64,000 nt of DNA. Origin: the human T2T-CHM13v2.0 reference genome, Homo sapiens. The stretch lies in assembly GCF_009914755.1 (NCBI RefSeq), contig NC_060934.1; one strand, 5' to 3'. Shown in pieces: positions 16,140 to 28,488 of the stretch. Position numbers and translations under genes: made by a program. How positions within the stretch are numbered: position 1 is the stretch's first letter; the number at the start of each line of letters is the position of its first letter. Below the pieces are notes generated by a model. The model was not told the origin of the DNA. It did not search any database and was given only the letters and a program-made list of their open reading frames with translations.

Positions 16140-16476
16140 TATTCTCTGCTTCTGGTGTAAATCTTCTCCTAGCCTCTTGCTAGTTTCACAACCCAGGAAT
16201 GTCTTTCTCAAGACCCTGGAAGCCACTCTTTTGAAAGTTTGGAGGACAGAATTCTAACTTTGATAAGCACCAATTAACAAACGCAGATGGCCTAATGACA
16301 TTGACAACCTTCCCACTAATGTCCTCCAGTAATCTTCCAGTAGCTCATCCTAGTAATTAAAAATCCTCTCTTTTTTTTTTTTTCCAGTAGAGTTGAATTC
16401 AACTCTCTCTCTTATGGCAGTAGTCTTGAATAAAGTCTTCCTTATCTGTTCAACTCTGTGCAATATTTACTTGACA
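16140..16476 (+). mobile_element. ERV1-class LTR 3' part (MER34/MER39-like)
   Basis: aaacgcagatggcctaat...agtcttgaataaagtcttcctt...ttgaca terminus. Confidence 0.6.
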
Positions 16477-17142
16477 GTTCGCATAGGTCAGAATTTTCCA
16501 ATCTGAGATATGAGGTGTACTGCACATGAGTCTAGGATGTACTGAAACATTAGTACCCTCAACACTCAGAGAAGGTAGATGGAGACACACACAGAGCCAC
16601 AGCTTAATAATCTCTGGGCACAAGGACCCACTTCATTTATTCCATATCCATTTACTTCTATATCATTCTCTATGTGAGTTCTTATGAGAAACAGAAGGAA
16701 GATCATGACATGGAAGATATAAAGCACTAAATTTGTTATATAATACATATTTCTAAAACATCTATGCACAAATATTTGCATTCAAATCTAAAGAGGCTGT
16801 GAGAGAAGCAAAGGAAAAAGAGGTAAAACTAAAGTACATAAGAAACTTGAAATATAACATCAAGTAATAAAAATGCCAAATGGTACCTTACAAAGAACAT
16901 AAGAACAAGCTAAACAATGGTGCAAACAAAGATCAAAATGAATTATATAAATTGAATTGATGGAGATAAATAGGATGTCAGACATAGTATAAGTGAATGA
17001 GAGCAAGATTTAGTAAAAAAAGGAAGAGATAAGTTATAGGCAGTGTTATACTAAAAAAACTTCACAAAAATATGAGTTCTGTGAATTTTATCCATGTCCT
17101 GGGTTTAAAAATAAATCAACAAACTTATTTGGACCTGAGTGA

Positions 17143-17777
17143 TGTTAACAGAAGACCATGAGATCTGTGGAGAAAAAAAGGAGAAATTTATTATCCATTA
17201 AAAAAAATATGTGTAACAGGTTGAGACTCTGTATTATAAAAAATTAAAAATTAAAAAAAACAGCCAGGAGTGGTGGCATGCACCTGTAGAGCCAACTACT
17301 CGGGAGGCTAAGGCAGGAGGATTGCTTAAGCCCAGGAGTTCAAGGCTGTAGTGAGTCATGATTGAGTCACCAAAAAACAATATGCATACTGGGCAGGCAT
17401 AGCCTCCAGTACAAGTGAAAGTGCTCTTTCCAAAGAAAAAAGAGAATATTAGAGGTTTTATAAAAAGGAGAAATGTTATGTACTGCTCTTTGATAAACTT
17501 CATTGGTACTAGTAATGTTTGAAGAGTTATCAAGCTCTGATTGGTAAGCGATGGTGTGAAACAAAACAAGTTTGAGAGTTGAAGCTGGTCTTTTCAGCAG
17601 TCATTCGATAAAATTGGTTTCAGGTTACTGCAGGAAGCTTCAACCTCCAGGCTTGCAAAAAATTACAGTTTTTGGAGCAATGTTTTATACCTTGTGTGTT
17701 TTTTCCCCCTGGTTTCTCAACTCTGTTTCAGTTGGGTATGGACAAAAATGACCCAATTCGTAAGATCTACTTTCACA
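17143..17777 (-). mobile_element. ERV1-class LTR (MER89/MER90-like)
   Basis: tgttaacag...ctttcaca ends; minus strand starts tgtgaaagtagatcttacgaattgggtcatt. Confidence 0.65.
17212..17371 (+). mobile_element. AluJ fragment truncated at both ends (tailless), nested in the LTR
   Basis: gagactctgt..A-rich linker..cagccaggagtggtggcatgcacctgtag...gcccaggagttcaaggctgtagtgag. Confidence 0.85.
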
Positions 17778-18297
17778 AGGGCAAGCAGGGCAGGCTACCA
17801 AATGCTTGTCTAATGATCGAGAAGAGGAGCTGTAGAGTCTTTACAAACAGACTTGACCTGCTTCATCACCAGTCATAGGTTGCTCTTATTTGCAGAAGTG
17901 TTTGCCTGACACATGATGCTTCTTTGCTTTCCTGGCCCTGAAAGCTTTCACCAAAAATAATTTCTTCCTGCTCTGTTCTGTGATCTGTAGACTTCTAAGT
18001 ATTTCCTGTGCCTCAGCTTGTGGGAAATTGATGTTAAATTTCATTTCTTAATTTTTGACCATTGTTGTCCATCTTCTGTCTTGAATTTTAAAGACCCTAA
18101 TGACATTTTCAAGGTGGTAAATTTGCCATTTCTATTCACCTTTGGTTCCCTTGGGGACTGAGTACCTCATTTGACCCCTTTTTACTATAATCAAACTGAT
18201 GTTTGAATCTGGAGGCCCTTCAAAAGACCACAGAAGCACGAGAGCTGAGAGATGACATGGCACCCTGCCTTTCTGGGAGCCCCGGCCTCCCTGTTTC

Positions 18298-18565
18298 TCA
18301 TTCATTCAGCAACCGTGTGCACTGAGCCCTAGCAGTAATCCAGGTACAGTGCTCAGCCTAGGGCACAGTCGTGAGGACATCTGCTCTCAGAGTTGACAAT
18401 CCACTGGGAGACCAACATAAAAATGTAAGTGCTGCAAGGGAAGCAGAGGCTGCTATGAAAGGAGGAAGTGGCCAAACCTGGTCTGAAGAATCAGAAAAGG
18501 CTTCTCAGAAGCAGTGACATGTTGGAAGCTGAGTCTTGGAGTGTGAGCAGGAATCAGCCAGGTGA
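18298..18565 (-). mobile_element. L2 3' end
   Basis: cattcattcagc...actgagccct...ctctcagagttgacaatcca...aggcttctcagaagcagtgacat. Confidence 0.8.
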
Positions 18566-21219
18566 CTGTTTTGTCACTCTGAGGTGTCCAGTCCCTGCAT
18601 TTCCCGGGGTCTAGAGTATACGCACAATCTGATGTCTCATCCTAACTCTCCTTTCTTGGGAAATACTGTATTTCCCCTAGTCATCCCTCATTTCACCTCC
18701 CATCATAAAACATTAAGTCCTTTCTCACATTGTCTTGGTTCCCTTATGAATAGCACCCACAGTCACATCATCTGAGATAAATACTAATTCCACACTCACA
18801 AGCTTTGTGAGTAATGGAAGACATATTTCTTCTCTGAGCCCCATATCCCTCACATGTAAATACAATAATACAAGCCTACTTCATTACTTCACAGGGAGAA
18901 AAATGAAGAACATAGTGCTGCTACTGTTGTGACAATTTAAAAGAACATTAAAGAAAAAAAAGAATCAACTTCTGTTAGGCGATTTTACTTCAAAATAACC
19001 CCTTCCATGCTTGCATTTAAATATAATCATAATCCTCCTCCTCTTTATCATCATCCTCAAAGCTGATATTAGGTGTTTGTTAATGGGGTGAATGTGCATA
19101 GAGAAACTCCAGAAATATTTATTCAATTATGTAATTCTCCCCCAAGTTCTATGTTAGTATTATTGTATTCCAAGTTTACCAATAGCAAAATGAGGCATAA
19201 AGAGATTAAATATTTTGCCAAAGGTAAGAGCAGTTGTGTGTGAGCACATAAGGCTTATTTCCCTTTGTTTCCCCATTCTCTGTGTCTAGACCCCTCACCT
19301 CATTATGCTCTTGGCATTGTTTTCTGTGATCTCATTAAAAGCCAGAAGCAAGCCTGGTCCATCCTATCTTTTGAAGCACTACAACAGAGCTGACTTTTAT
19401 CTGCTGTAATTGTAGGAAATTTCAAGTCGCTTCTTGAGCAGGGAGTCACAGAGTTACAGAATGTGACAGTGCTCCTCTATAGTCATTGCTACAAAACTAA
19501 TTCTATTGAGAGGTAGAGAAGAAGCGGATAAAATGAAAGCCTCCTGCCAAAAGTGTTAGATGTCCTTTTAAACAACATCAACCTCTATTTGCAGACCACA
19601 GCATGTACATCCATCAAGCCTCATGACTCATTGCCTCTACTCCAATATCTGGACTGGTTTCAGAGAAGCAAATGGAGAAAATACAATACCATCAGAGAGC
19701 CCTGTGTCTTTCTGTGACCCTGCAATGTTTAGGATACTGATTATCACCACTGATGCACAAGATAACAATGAGCTACTTGCTTCTTTTCTCAGTTAAAACT
19801 CATAGGAGACGTTCATTGAAATAGATAGGAAATTGAGAGTCCTAGAGAGTATATGCCCACAGCACTCTCAAGAAGCCCATTTCAAAAGAAAGCTGAATCG
19901 GTTACTGTTTGGGGGCACACATAAGAATATCCTAGATTTAGTGAGATAATAACAGAAGAAGCAAAGCTATAAACCAGTGAGCCAAAAACAAAACAAAACA
20001 AAAACCATATTCTTTAAAATAAAGTGTTCACCTCAGGAGCTAAATACTTATTAACAAAATATTAAACCATTTTTTGCTGAATAACCCTGGTGCCTCTACT
20101 GCAGGATGGACCTAGATGAGCTGAATGGCTATAAGGTCAGTAGTCCATGCTGATGCTAGTACAGAAATTCCCTAAGTTATTGCCATCTGGGCTTTGAACA
20201 CTCCGTTGTCCCTATAAAGCCTAATTTTATAAACAGAAAGCTTCTGTAGCCTAATATTTTCTCTTTCTTGCCATCTCTTAGAAAATATATCAAGTGGCAC
20301 AGATGTGAACTATTTCTCTGGGAGAATTTTCTATAGTACATCTAGCTGTGTCCAAGCACCTCTTTCTATTGAGCAGTAAGAGACCTAGGAGCCCTGGATA
20401 TCTAAAAGTAGAGGTAATATTGACTTTTGTGCAGTAAATGGGGGTGGGTAGAACCATGAATGGGGTGAAGGAACACACTTTGTTGACTTTTTTATGTGAT
20501 CCTTATTTGTCATGCCTTCTTAATTGGGCAAACTCAGACAATTTATTAATTTCTCAGGTGTAAATGGAATAATAATGTCTTTCAGGTAAGCTTATATAAG
20601 GATTAAACAAGAAACATCATGTAAAGCATTTAGCATCGTGGTTGGGCCCAGCATGTACTTAAGTAATATTAGCAGTTATGTATGTGAAATGTTTGGCAAA
20701 AGACCTAGCACACTGTAGGTACTTTAAAATATATATATATTTCCCCCTCACTTCCAAAACTATTATTTCATACCTTTAAGTTCTTTCAATCAATTTCCAA
20801 ATCTGACTCCAACTATATTTTGGCTATTCTCAGAACTCACATTATCTTTCACAGAACAAAATTTATCAGTTATAAATATAAATAGCACTGACTAAAGATA
20901 GTTTCAGAACAATAGATCTCCCTTGTCCCAAAGGACAAGGTGTCAATGGAAGCCCCCATATCAATGGAAGCATCATTTATTGGAAGACTTTTGAAGACAA
21001 TAGGCATTTTGTTGTATAAGTTCTGAATTATTTGAATAAAATTAGTGAAATGTCAGATAACGATCAATCATCCCTGGGTTTTACCACAACTGAATTCCGC
21101 AAACGTATGTTAAGCAATTCCTCTCCTCGCAATATGGTCGTGGGCTGTGTAGCAAGTCCATAATTTAATAAGGTCAACCCATACATCCCCAAATTCATGG
21201 GGTTGTTATAAAAAACTGG

Positions 21220-22215
21220 GAGAGAGGGGAGTAGCAAGATACACAGTGCTTCAAAAAATCAGTCAAGAAGTATTTAGCTTTGGGCTTGGCTAGATACAGA
21301 GGCTTAAGATCCAGAGGCTACAGTCTGTATCTCACTCTGTGCCATCTCTGTTTCAGCTGAGTTTTCTCTTTGATAAGATGTTGACTTCTTTCCCTTTGCT
21401 GTGCTATTAGCTGTTAGGTAGGTCCAAACATATACCCTCATAGTTTAGCAATTATAAAAGCAAGAGAGCCTTTCTTTTCCAAAAGTTTCAGCAAAAGACC
21501 CAAGAATGTGAACCACTATTGTGGTTTAGATTTTAGGAGCATCCACAAACTAATCACTCTGTCTCAGGGGATGGAATGACATTTGACCAGGACAAGGTCA
21601 GGTGCTCATCCAAGAACTTAGGAAATAAAGTCAGCCTTATTCAAAACATTTAGATTTAAAAGAGTATAATTAGGGTAGAATTTTATTAAGAATAATAAAA
21701 GAATGCTTAGAATTTTTTAAATACAATACAGGATGTAAGAGAATTATGTTCGAAAGTGGCAAAAGAATACCTCAAAATAGCAAGCACTTTAAACAACACA
21801 AGAGCTTATTTCTCTCTGACCATCAAAACTGAAAGGTAATCAGTCCCCAACCAATACCATAAACAATTTAAGAAATTCAGACTCATATCTTTTATTGGTC
21901 TAGTATGGGTTTTATTAAGAAGAGTATAATATGGTCCAAGGTAATACCTGGAGTTACAACCATTACATCACATTGTACCTAATAGGTAGTCAAAACTATG
22001 AACTTATAGAAGAAGCTCCTCTCCCTTAAAGATACATCCTGGCAATTGCATGTACAATTTTCAGTTGCATCCCATTGGCCAGAGCTAAGCCACATGGCCA
22101 CATCTAACTTTAAAAGAGACAGAGATATGTCGTCCTTATTCTGGGCAGCCAAAAATTAGGCGTCATATCATTGTAGAAAAAAGGAAGAATGGGGATTTGA
22201 TGGCAATTACATATC
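21220..22215 (-). mobile_element. Two ancient MLT1 (J/K/L-type) LTR remnants
   Basis: ctaatcactctgtctcaggggatgg; cccattggccagagctaagccacatggccacatctaact...ctgggcagcc. Confidence 0.55.
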
Positions 22216-22634
22216 TTCACCAAGCACATGTAAGCAAATAAATATAATAGACTATAAATGCTGTACAGACACACTAATAAAATAAAAGTTTGTGTTTTAT
22301 CTTTCCAGAAAGCCATGGAACTCTAAAATTAAACCAGCTTCTTGACAACTCTGCCAAATAAAGAAAATTACAATTGTTCTATACACTATGATAATTCTAA
22401 ATAATGACAAAATAAAATTCTGGCAGCCAGATGCTTTAGGCACATCACAAACATCTTTGAAGATCCATCAGAAGCAATCCTCTGGGAATACTAATTATAT
22501 AATTTCTTAGCCTTAGGCTTTAAACATTTTAGATCTTTCAATAATTTCAGAAGTAGAAACAAGAAATTTCTATGACTACTGAAGACTGAAATTAAGGAAA
22601 TGATGCCCCTATCTTATTATTATGAAATATAGAA

Positions 22635-22908
22635 GGCCAATCATGGTGGTTCACACCTGTAACCCCAGCACCTTGGAAGGCTGAGGCAGGAGGATCATTT
22701 GTAGGTCAGGAATTCAAGACCAGCCTGAGCAACATAGTGAGACTCCCATCTCTACAAATAAAATAAATAAATAAATAAAATTAGCAGGGCATGGTGGCAC
22801 ACACCTGTAGTCCCAGTTACCCAGAAAGGTCACATGGGAGAATGCTTGAGCCCAGAAGTTTCAGGCTATAGTGAGTTATGATCACACCACTGCACTCCAG
22901 CTTGGGAG
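22635..22908 (+). mobile_element. AluJ, 3'-truncated
   Basis: ggccaatcatggtggttcacacctgtaa...cagcctgagcaacatagtgagac...gcttgagcccagaag; no tail. Confidence 0.92.
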
Positions 22909-23005
22909 AGGAGAAGTCCAAAGAATTTAGTCTGGGCTATAGCCAAAGAAAAACCCAGAATCAAAACTAAGACAATGATCTTTAATAAGTCCACATAGTC
23001 TAGGA

Positions 23006-23352
23006 CAGGGGTCAGAAATTTTTTTTCTTTTTTCTTTCTTTCTTTTTTTTTTTTTTTTTTGATAAGAGCCAAATAGTAAATACTTTAGCCATAGAGAGAT
23101 ATACACAGCCTCTATCAAATCTACTCCATTCTGCCGTTGTGGCTTGTGAGCAGCCAGAGACAATACGCAAATAAATGAATGTGATTGTACTCCAATAAAA
23201 CTTTATTTACAAAACACTAAAATTTTAATTTGATATAAATGTTATGTCTTGAAGTGTTTCTCTTTTTGATATTTTTAAAAACTTGACAAAATTTGGGAAC
23301 CTATCAGCCTAAGCCACAGAAAGAAAAACAGGTTGTAGGCAGATATGGCTGA
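23006..23352 (+). mobile_element. MER58B-like hAT-Charlie MITE with expanded T tract
   Basis: caggggtcag...aaatagtaaatacttta...cagccagagacaatacgcaaataaatga...ccaataaaactttatttacaaaa. Confidence 0.85.
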
Positions 23353-23425
23353 TTCATGCTACTTCACAATAAAATACATACTCTTGTCTTCAATTTAGCA
23401 TTCTCAGCATTATAAATGCATTATT

Positions 23426-23795
23426 GCTGTGGTTTACATGTTTGTGTCCTCTCCAAAATTCATGTTGAAACTTTATCCCTAATGAATAGTATTAAGAGGT
23501 AGGGCCTTTAAGAGGTGATTAGGTCATAGGGCTCCACTCTCATGGTTGGGATTAGTGCTATAAATGGATAGAGGGAACTAGCCAGGCCCATTTGCTCTTC
23601 TGTGCCTTCCACCAAGTCAGGTCACAGTGTTTGTCCCATCCTCAGGATGCAACAAGGCACCATCTTGGAAGCAGAGACTGGGTCCTCACTGGACACTAAC
23701 TTGCAGGGATCTTGATCTTGGACTCCTACTCTCCAGAACTAATACATTATTGTTCTTTAAAAAGCCAATCTCAGGGTTTTTTTTAGACTAAAACA
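23426..23795 (+). mobile_element. MaLR solo LTR (MSTD-like)
   Basis: tgctgtggtttacatgtttgtgtcctctccaaaattcatgttgaaa...caaggcaccatcttggaagcagag...gactaaaaca. Confidence 0.88.
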
Positions 23796-24829
23796 AATAT
23801 AAATTTCTAGTTTTATCATCAGCTTGTGCCCAGAGGGAAAGAGTTAAGCTGCTGACACTGTAGCTGGCCTTGTAAGCCAGGGAATGTAGCTGCAGAGGTG
23901 TAGGGGTGGCAGAGAGGAGCTGCAGAGCCGGAGCAGACAGCCGAGATAAAGGCAGACAGTATGAAAGAGGTGCGATGACAGTGCTGCTGAATAAAACTAC
24001 ATTTCACCTGCCTATGGCCCCCCAAAGTATTCTTTCAGCTATCTGCCCATCCACCCACTCCCCTCAGACCTCAGCTAGGGTTGAATCTGACCCTGAGAGA
24101 GACATTTGGTGTAGTCATGAACCTGACAATTGGCAACGTCCGCAGTATGAAGTGAGTGGATTTTCAGAACCCAAGGCTTTCGTATCCGCTATGTGGCCAC
24201 AGCATGAGCTGTGGTACCTGGTGGCAGCTGTGCTGTGAGGATGGGCCCCAATCAAAACATGAAAGGCAATGGATGTGTCTCTCGCAAGTGTGGAGATGGC
24301 GCTGACGTACCTGGAAGTGCACAGCACCGAGAAGGAAGCATGCCTTTGCTGGCAGAGTCAGATGGGTGTTTGTGACTTTGCTGGGGGAAGTGCATGCCCA
24401 GTCCCTGCAGAACACGGCACAGAGAGGAGGAAGAACCTCTCTTGCAGGCTAACCCCCTGGTCCTTCAGAAAATAGAACATGAGCAGCTGTTGGGCCCCAA
24501 GGGTGGGCCAGAGACCCCCTACTGTGATGGAACACACTTCCTTTGGTGCCTGTGCCCTTGCTGAGTTTCAGGAGTTAAGCGAGTAATGTCGGCAGTGTCT
24601 GGGGGAGCCCTCTGCCTGAATAGTCCCTCTCTGGAACGAAGGAGCTAACGCATTTCCTGCCCTGCCTCCAAGATTGGGAGAAGGACTTTGCTGCGCAGTG
24701 CGGTCCCGCCCAGGTGTTCCAGTTCACAGATTACCTGCTGCAGTCAGATGGAAGTGTAAAGCCTTTTCTGTTTGATGAGAGAACTGGCCCAGGTGCCTGG
24801 CTTGGTGGGGCACCGGACAACCAAAGGCC

Positions 24830-25245
24830 GCCTGTGGATTTGGCAATCCATTGGGCCCTGAGCCCAGATAAGTTTCTGGGCAGAGCTGCATTTATTAACT
24901 GTTATGAAGACCGGTCAGTAAAAGTAAAATCTGTATCTTTGCATCTTGGCATCAGCTGCTTGGCTCTCCACTTATGCACTGTGTCTGTCTCTCCCGTACC
25001 TGAAGACATTCTGGGGGTGGATGTTTGCACAGCTTGGCAGCTGTGCTGTCTGTCACGGACCATTTAACAACAGAACTGGAGGGTGCCACTGTTTGGTGGA
25101 CTTGGCCAATGTATCCCTCTCAACTGACATCGCTCCAGAGAGCCAGGAACAGTTTGTCTTCATAGGAGGGCTACAATGGACTTTCACAGTGTTGCCACAG
25201 GGCTATGTGTATAGCCTCACCATATGTTGTAGCCTTGTTAATGAT
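24830..25245 (+). pseudogene. Retroviral protease and RT remnants (ERVL class)
   Basis: EDILGVD (protease ILGxD); LVDLAN...PESQEQFVF..GLQWTFTVLPQGY..SLTIC (RT motif); no intact YxDD follows. Confidence 0.85.
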
Positions 25246-25540
25246 GTTAAATCTGATTCTCTGGAAGATTTAGAAGCAGCAATGCCCCCCTGCCTGGGAT
25301 TGGATGGTGAGGCTGAGACAGCCTTTCCTGGCAGCCAAGCATGCTACTCAGCAGGCACAAGCCCTACGGGTAGTTAATCAGAGGTGGCCATTTAAGCTAG
25401 ATATTCATACGACCACAAATATTTTTAGTTAGGGCCTATAGCAGGACACAGAGCACCTGAGTATGCCAATGGGCTTTTAGTCCCAACGTTGTATGGAAAG
25501 GAGCTGAGCTCCGGTATTCCTTAATAGAGAAGCAGTTAGT

Positions 25541-25853
25541 AATAGCTGGATGTGTGCGCTCATGGATAACAAAGCCCTGGACTGGGAACACAGTTAGTTA
25601 ACTGCATATACTGCTCTTCAGCTCATAAGAGCATGGAAGGATGGGTTACAGTCATTGTGCGGATGATTTACCCAATAGTGGGATGGGTGCATTCATGGGT
25701 AATGACCCCTCGGACTGGGAAAGCAGTTAGTAACCGCATATACTGCTCTTTAGACTCATAAGAGTAGGGCAGGATGGATTATAGTCATTGTGTGGACGAC
25801 TTACTCAATAGTGGGATGGGTGTGTTCATGGGTAATGACCCCCCAGAATGGGA
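25541..25853 (+). repeat. 133-bp tandem duplication (about 2.3 copies) in the ERV pol remnant
   Basis: ggactgggaa.cagttagt..aactgcatatactgctct at 25579 and 25712; third start at about 25845. Confidence 0.9.
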
Positions 25854-26230
25854 TGGCACAGACATCTACTTTAGTGGAGCAGGGTGCCTACTTGAAGCAG
25901 TGGAGTACGCTTAATACAAGTCCCTTAGCAGCAGAGCTGCAAGAGGTCTTGGGACCTGTAATCCTAATGCAAGATAAGACCATAGGGCATAAGGTCTTGG
26001 AGCCTGAGGCACCCCTAGACCCTGAGCCTTCACTGTTTAGGGAAGTGTGTCCTTCTTTTCCTAATGGGGACCCATATAGGTGGGTCTAGCTGAGGTGTTA
26101 CTGTTGCCTGGACTGTCGCAGTCCAACCTAGCACTGATACTATATGGTTTGAAACCAGGTGTAGGCAATGTAGCTAATGAGCTGAACTCAGGACAATGTG
26201 AATAGTGATCACCAAGGAGGTGACACCTGC

Positions 26231-26392
26231 TTGTGTACCCAGATGCTTATGAATCAGGTCTGTGTGCCCAAAGCTTATGTGTCAGGCTTATGTGTCAAGT
26301 CTATGTGTATGTATCAGGCCTGAATGCCCAAAGCTTATATGTCAGACCTGTGTGCCCAAGCCTGTGTATTGGGCCTGTGTGCCTGAAACTTA
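26231..26392 (+). repeat. Degenerate minisatellite of about 28 bp (tgtgtgcccaaagcttatgtgtcaggc) upstream of the PPT
   Basis: Five to six degenerate units visible. Confidence 0.8.
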
Positions 26393-28001
26393 TCTCTCCC
26401 TTGGCATAGGGTGTGGAATGTAAGGTACATGGATGTACCTGGTCAAGGAATAGGCCAAGGTGGACATCCAGGCCAGAGTGACTCAGCAAGTTTAGGGTGC
26501 AGGTGCACACCTCCACGTGTTATGTAACCTGTTTGTGTAAGCTCATACTTGGCTTGGAGCCACTATCGTTTGAAAAGGTGTAACTGCCCTGCTGATGCTA
26601 TGCATGGGCTCAACATGGCATGTGTGCTGGTGCCCAGAGAGACAGTAATGCTACTGACCCCTGTAAGGGACAGCTGGTTGCCTTGAAGGTGGGCGGGGGG
26701 AAGCCAGGAACCAGCTTGTGCCCAGAGAGAGTTAAGTTACTGAACTTGTAGCGGGCCTTGTAAACCAGGGAGTATAGCTGCAGGCATGGGGGCAGAAGAA
26801 ACCACAAAGCCAGCTGCTGAGAGGAGCTGCAGAGCTGGAGCAGACAGCTGAGATAAAGGTAGACAGTGTGAGAGAGCTGCTGATGAGAGAGCTACTGAAT
26901 AAACTACATTTCACCTGCCTATGATGCCCGAAGTTTTCTTTCAGCTATTTGCTCATCCACTCACTCCCCTCGGACCTCAGCTGGGCCTGGAATCTGACCC
27001 TAAGCATGACATTTGGCATAATTCTGAACCTGACAAAGGGATTAGATTTTTCAAAGCATTACAAAAAAACTTGAAATTCCAACCAACATAATATTCCTCT
27101 TTTTAACCCTCATGTGTCTGTCTTAAATCAGTCACAATAAATGGAAGTGCTCAGTGTGCTCAAAAGATCTTAACTCTTTTCCTCAGATGATTTCCACAAT
27201 TAACTAATCCATCAGAAGCTTAGAAACCATTGTACATGAAAGTAATATTTATTCTAGTGATGTGTAGTATAAGTGACCTTTTCCTAAAACTTTTTAAAAC
27301 TATTTTCAGTTTTAAGAATAAGCAATGCTATTACTGTCACTGATGGTGAGCAATGAAATGCAAAAACTCAGAAAGAGAATGAAAAGGGCCTTTTGTTTTG
27401 TTTTTACATTGCAAAACATGACGAGTTGTGTATCCAAATGATTTTTACATTGTGTTCAGCTCTCTGAAGCAGCACAATGACACTTCAGCTCTATTTTATA
27501 AGATAAAATACCAGATTAGCTAGAAGTGAAAATTTATTCAGAACACAGAAATACACAATTCCATGGCCATTTCCTAGGATTCCCCTTAGGGCAAAGCAAT
27601 TACCATGTGAAAGCACTTATTCATGTCCTGGCTCTGTGCTGATACCTGGAGTCTTGCTGGGAGAACAGTGAGGAAGTGATAATAGAAGGAAGATTCTAAA
27701 GACCATAGAAGGAACCAGAGATTCTGAAGAACAATTTCAATATGATTTTTTTCAGTTTAAATTTTTGCAATTTTCCTGCCTAATCTTGTTCCAAAACATA
27801 GGCCCCCATTTCCATAGTAACTGCAAGTCCTTTAAGATTTGCCATGAACATCAACTCCGGTAGAAAACAGGCTCTGTATTTTTTCCATCTTTCCTCAACT
27901 ACTTATCTGTGACTTTTGCCCCTTTGTCTAGGGACTGTTCAGAAAGCAAATTCAAGTTTCCAGGAAGGTCCCTACAGCTAAAAAATTATCCCTGGTGGTT
28001 C

Positions 28002-28328
28002 TGTTGCAGGACTTTTCTTTAGTTCAGCTAAACATGGGGTTCTTTGTGCCATGGCCATGAAAATTTAGCCTTACAGACAATTTCAATGGTGGGAAAGACA
28101 GGGTTTTATTGGGTGAAAAGGAAGAAAAGGGAGAAACAGGGACTCTCACAAGGCCAGAGTCCCTGCTACAGCTCTTTCTGACTAGCCATTTGAATCCCAG
28201 GTTCTACACAGGAAAACGAGGGGCCAGGCTCCTTCCTGCTTCAAAGGACACGAACTTCCTGAGGCTCCACCCCAGAGTTCAGGCAGATTGGAGTTTTCCC
28301 AGGAACATCCTCCAACCTGGCTGTTACA
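28002..28328 (-). mobile_element. MER61-like ERV1 solo LTR
   Basis: tgttgcaggacttttctttagttcagctaaa...ctgttaca; 4-bp TSD gttc at 27998-28001 and 28329-28332. Confidence 0.85.
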
Positions 28329-28488
28329 GTTCTGTCATATATGTTACTTCTAGGTCACAAAATGTGGCTTTGTGGGGGGATGCTTGACAACAAATTATCA
28401 GATTTCTGTCAACTTCATTTAAAAACTTTTATAGAAATTTTACATTGACTCAAAATTCAAATGTGATGTCACAAAATTCCTCTTGGTG

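Larger units (their letters stand above)
23820..27035 (+). mobile_element. Internally deleted HERVL18/HERV-S-like provirus (LTR18): truncated 5' LTR 23820-24128, internal 24129-26418, 3' LTR 26419-27035
   Basis: Direct repeats 23820-24128 and 26712-27035; 3' LTR tgtaaggtacatggatgt...cctgaca; purine tract before 26419; Ser-tRNA-like PBS at 24131-24148; pro/RT motifs. Confidence 0.85.

Noticed and set aside
17910-18176. Minus-strand GQMRYSVP... resembling a protocadherin N-terminus
   Set aside because: Only 8 residues of similarity, followed by stops and no cadherin motifs.
25541-26392. Repeat arrays as CRISPR-like structures
   Set aside because: Tandem units without unique spacers, inside an ERV in a eukaryotic genome.
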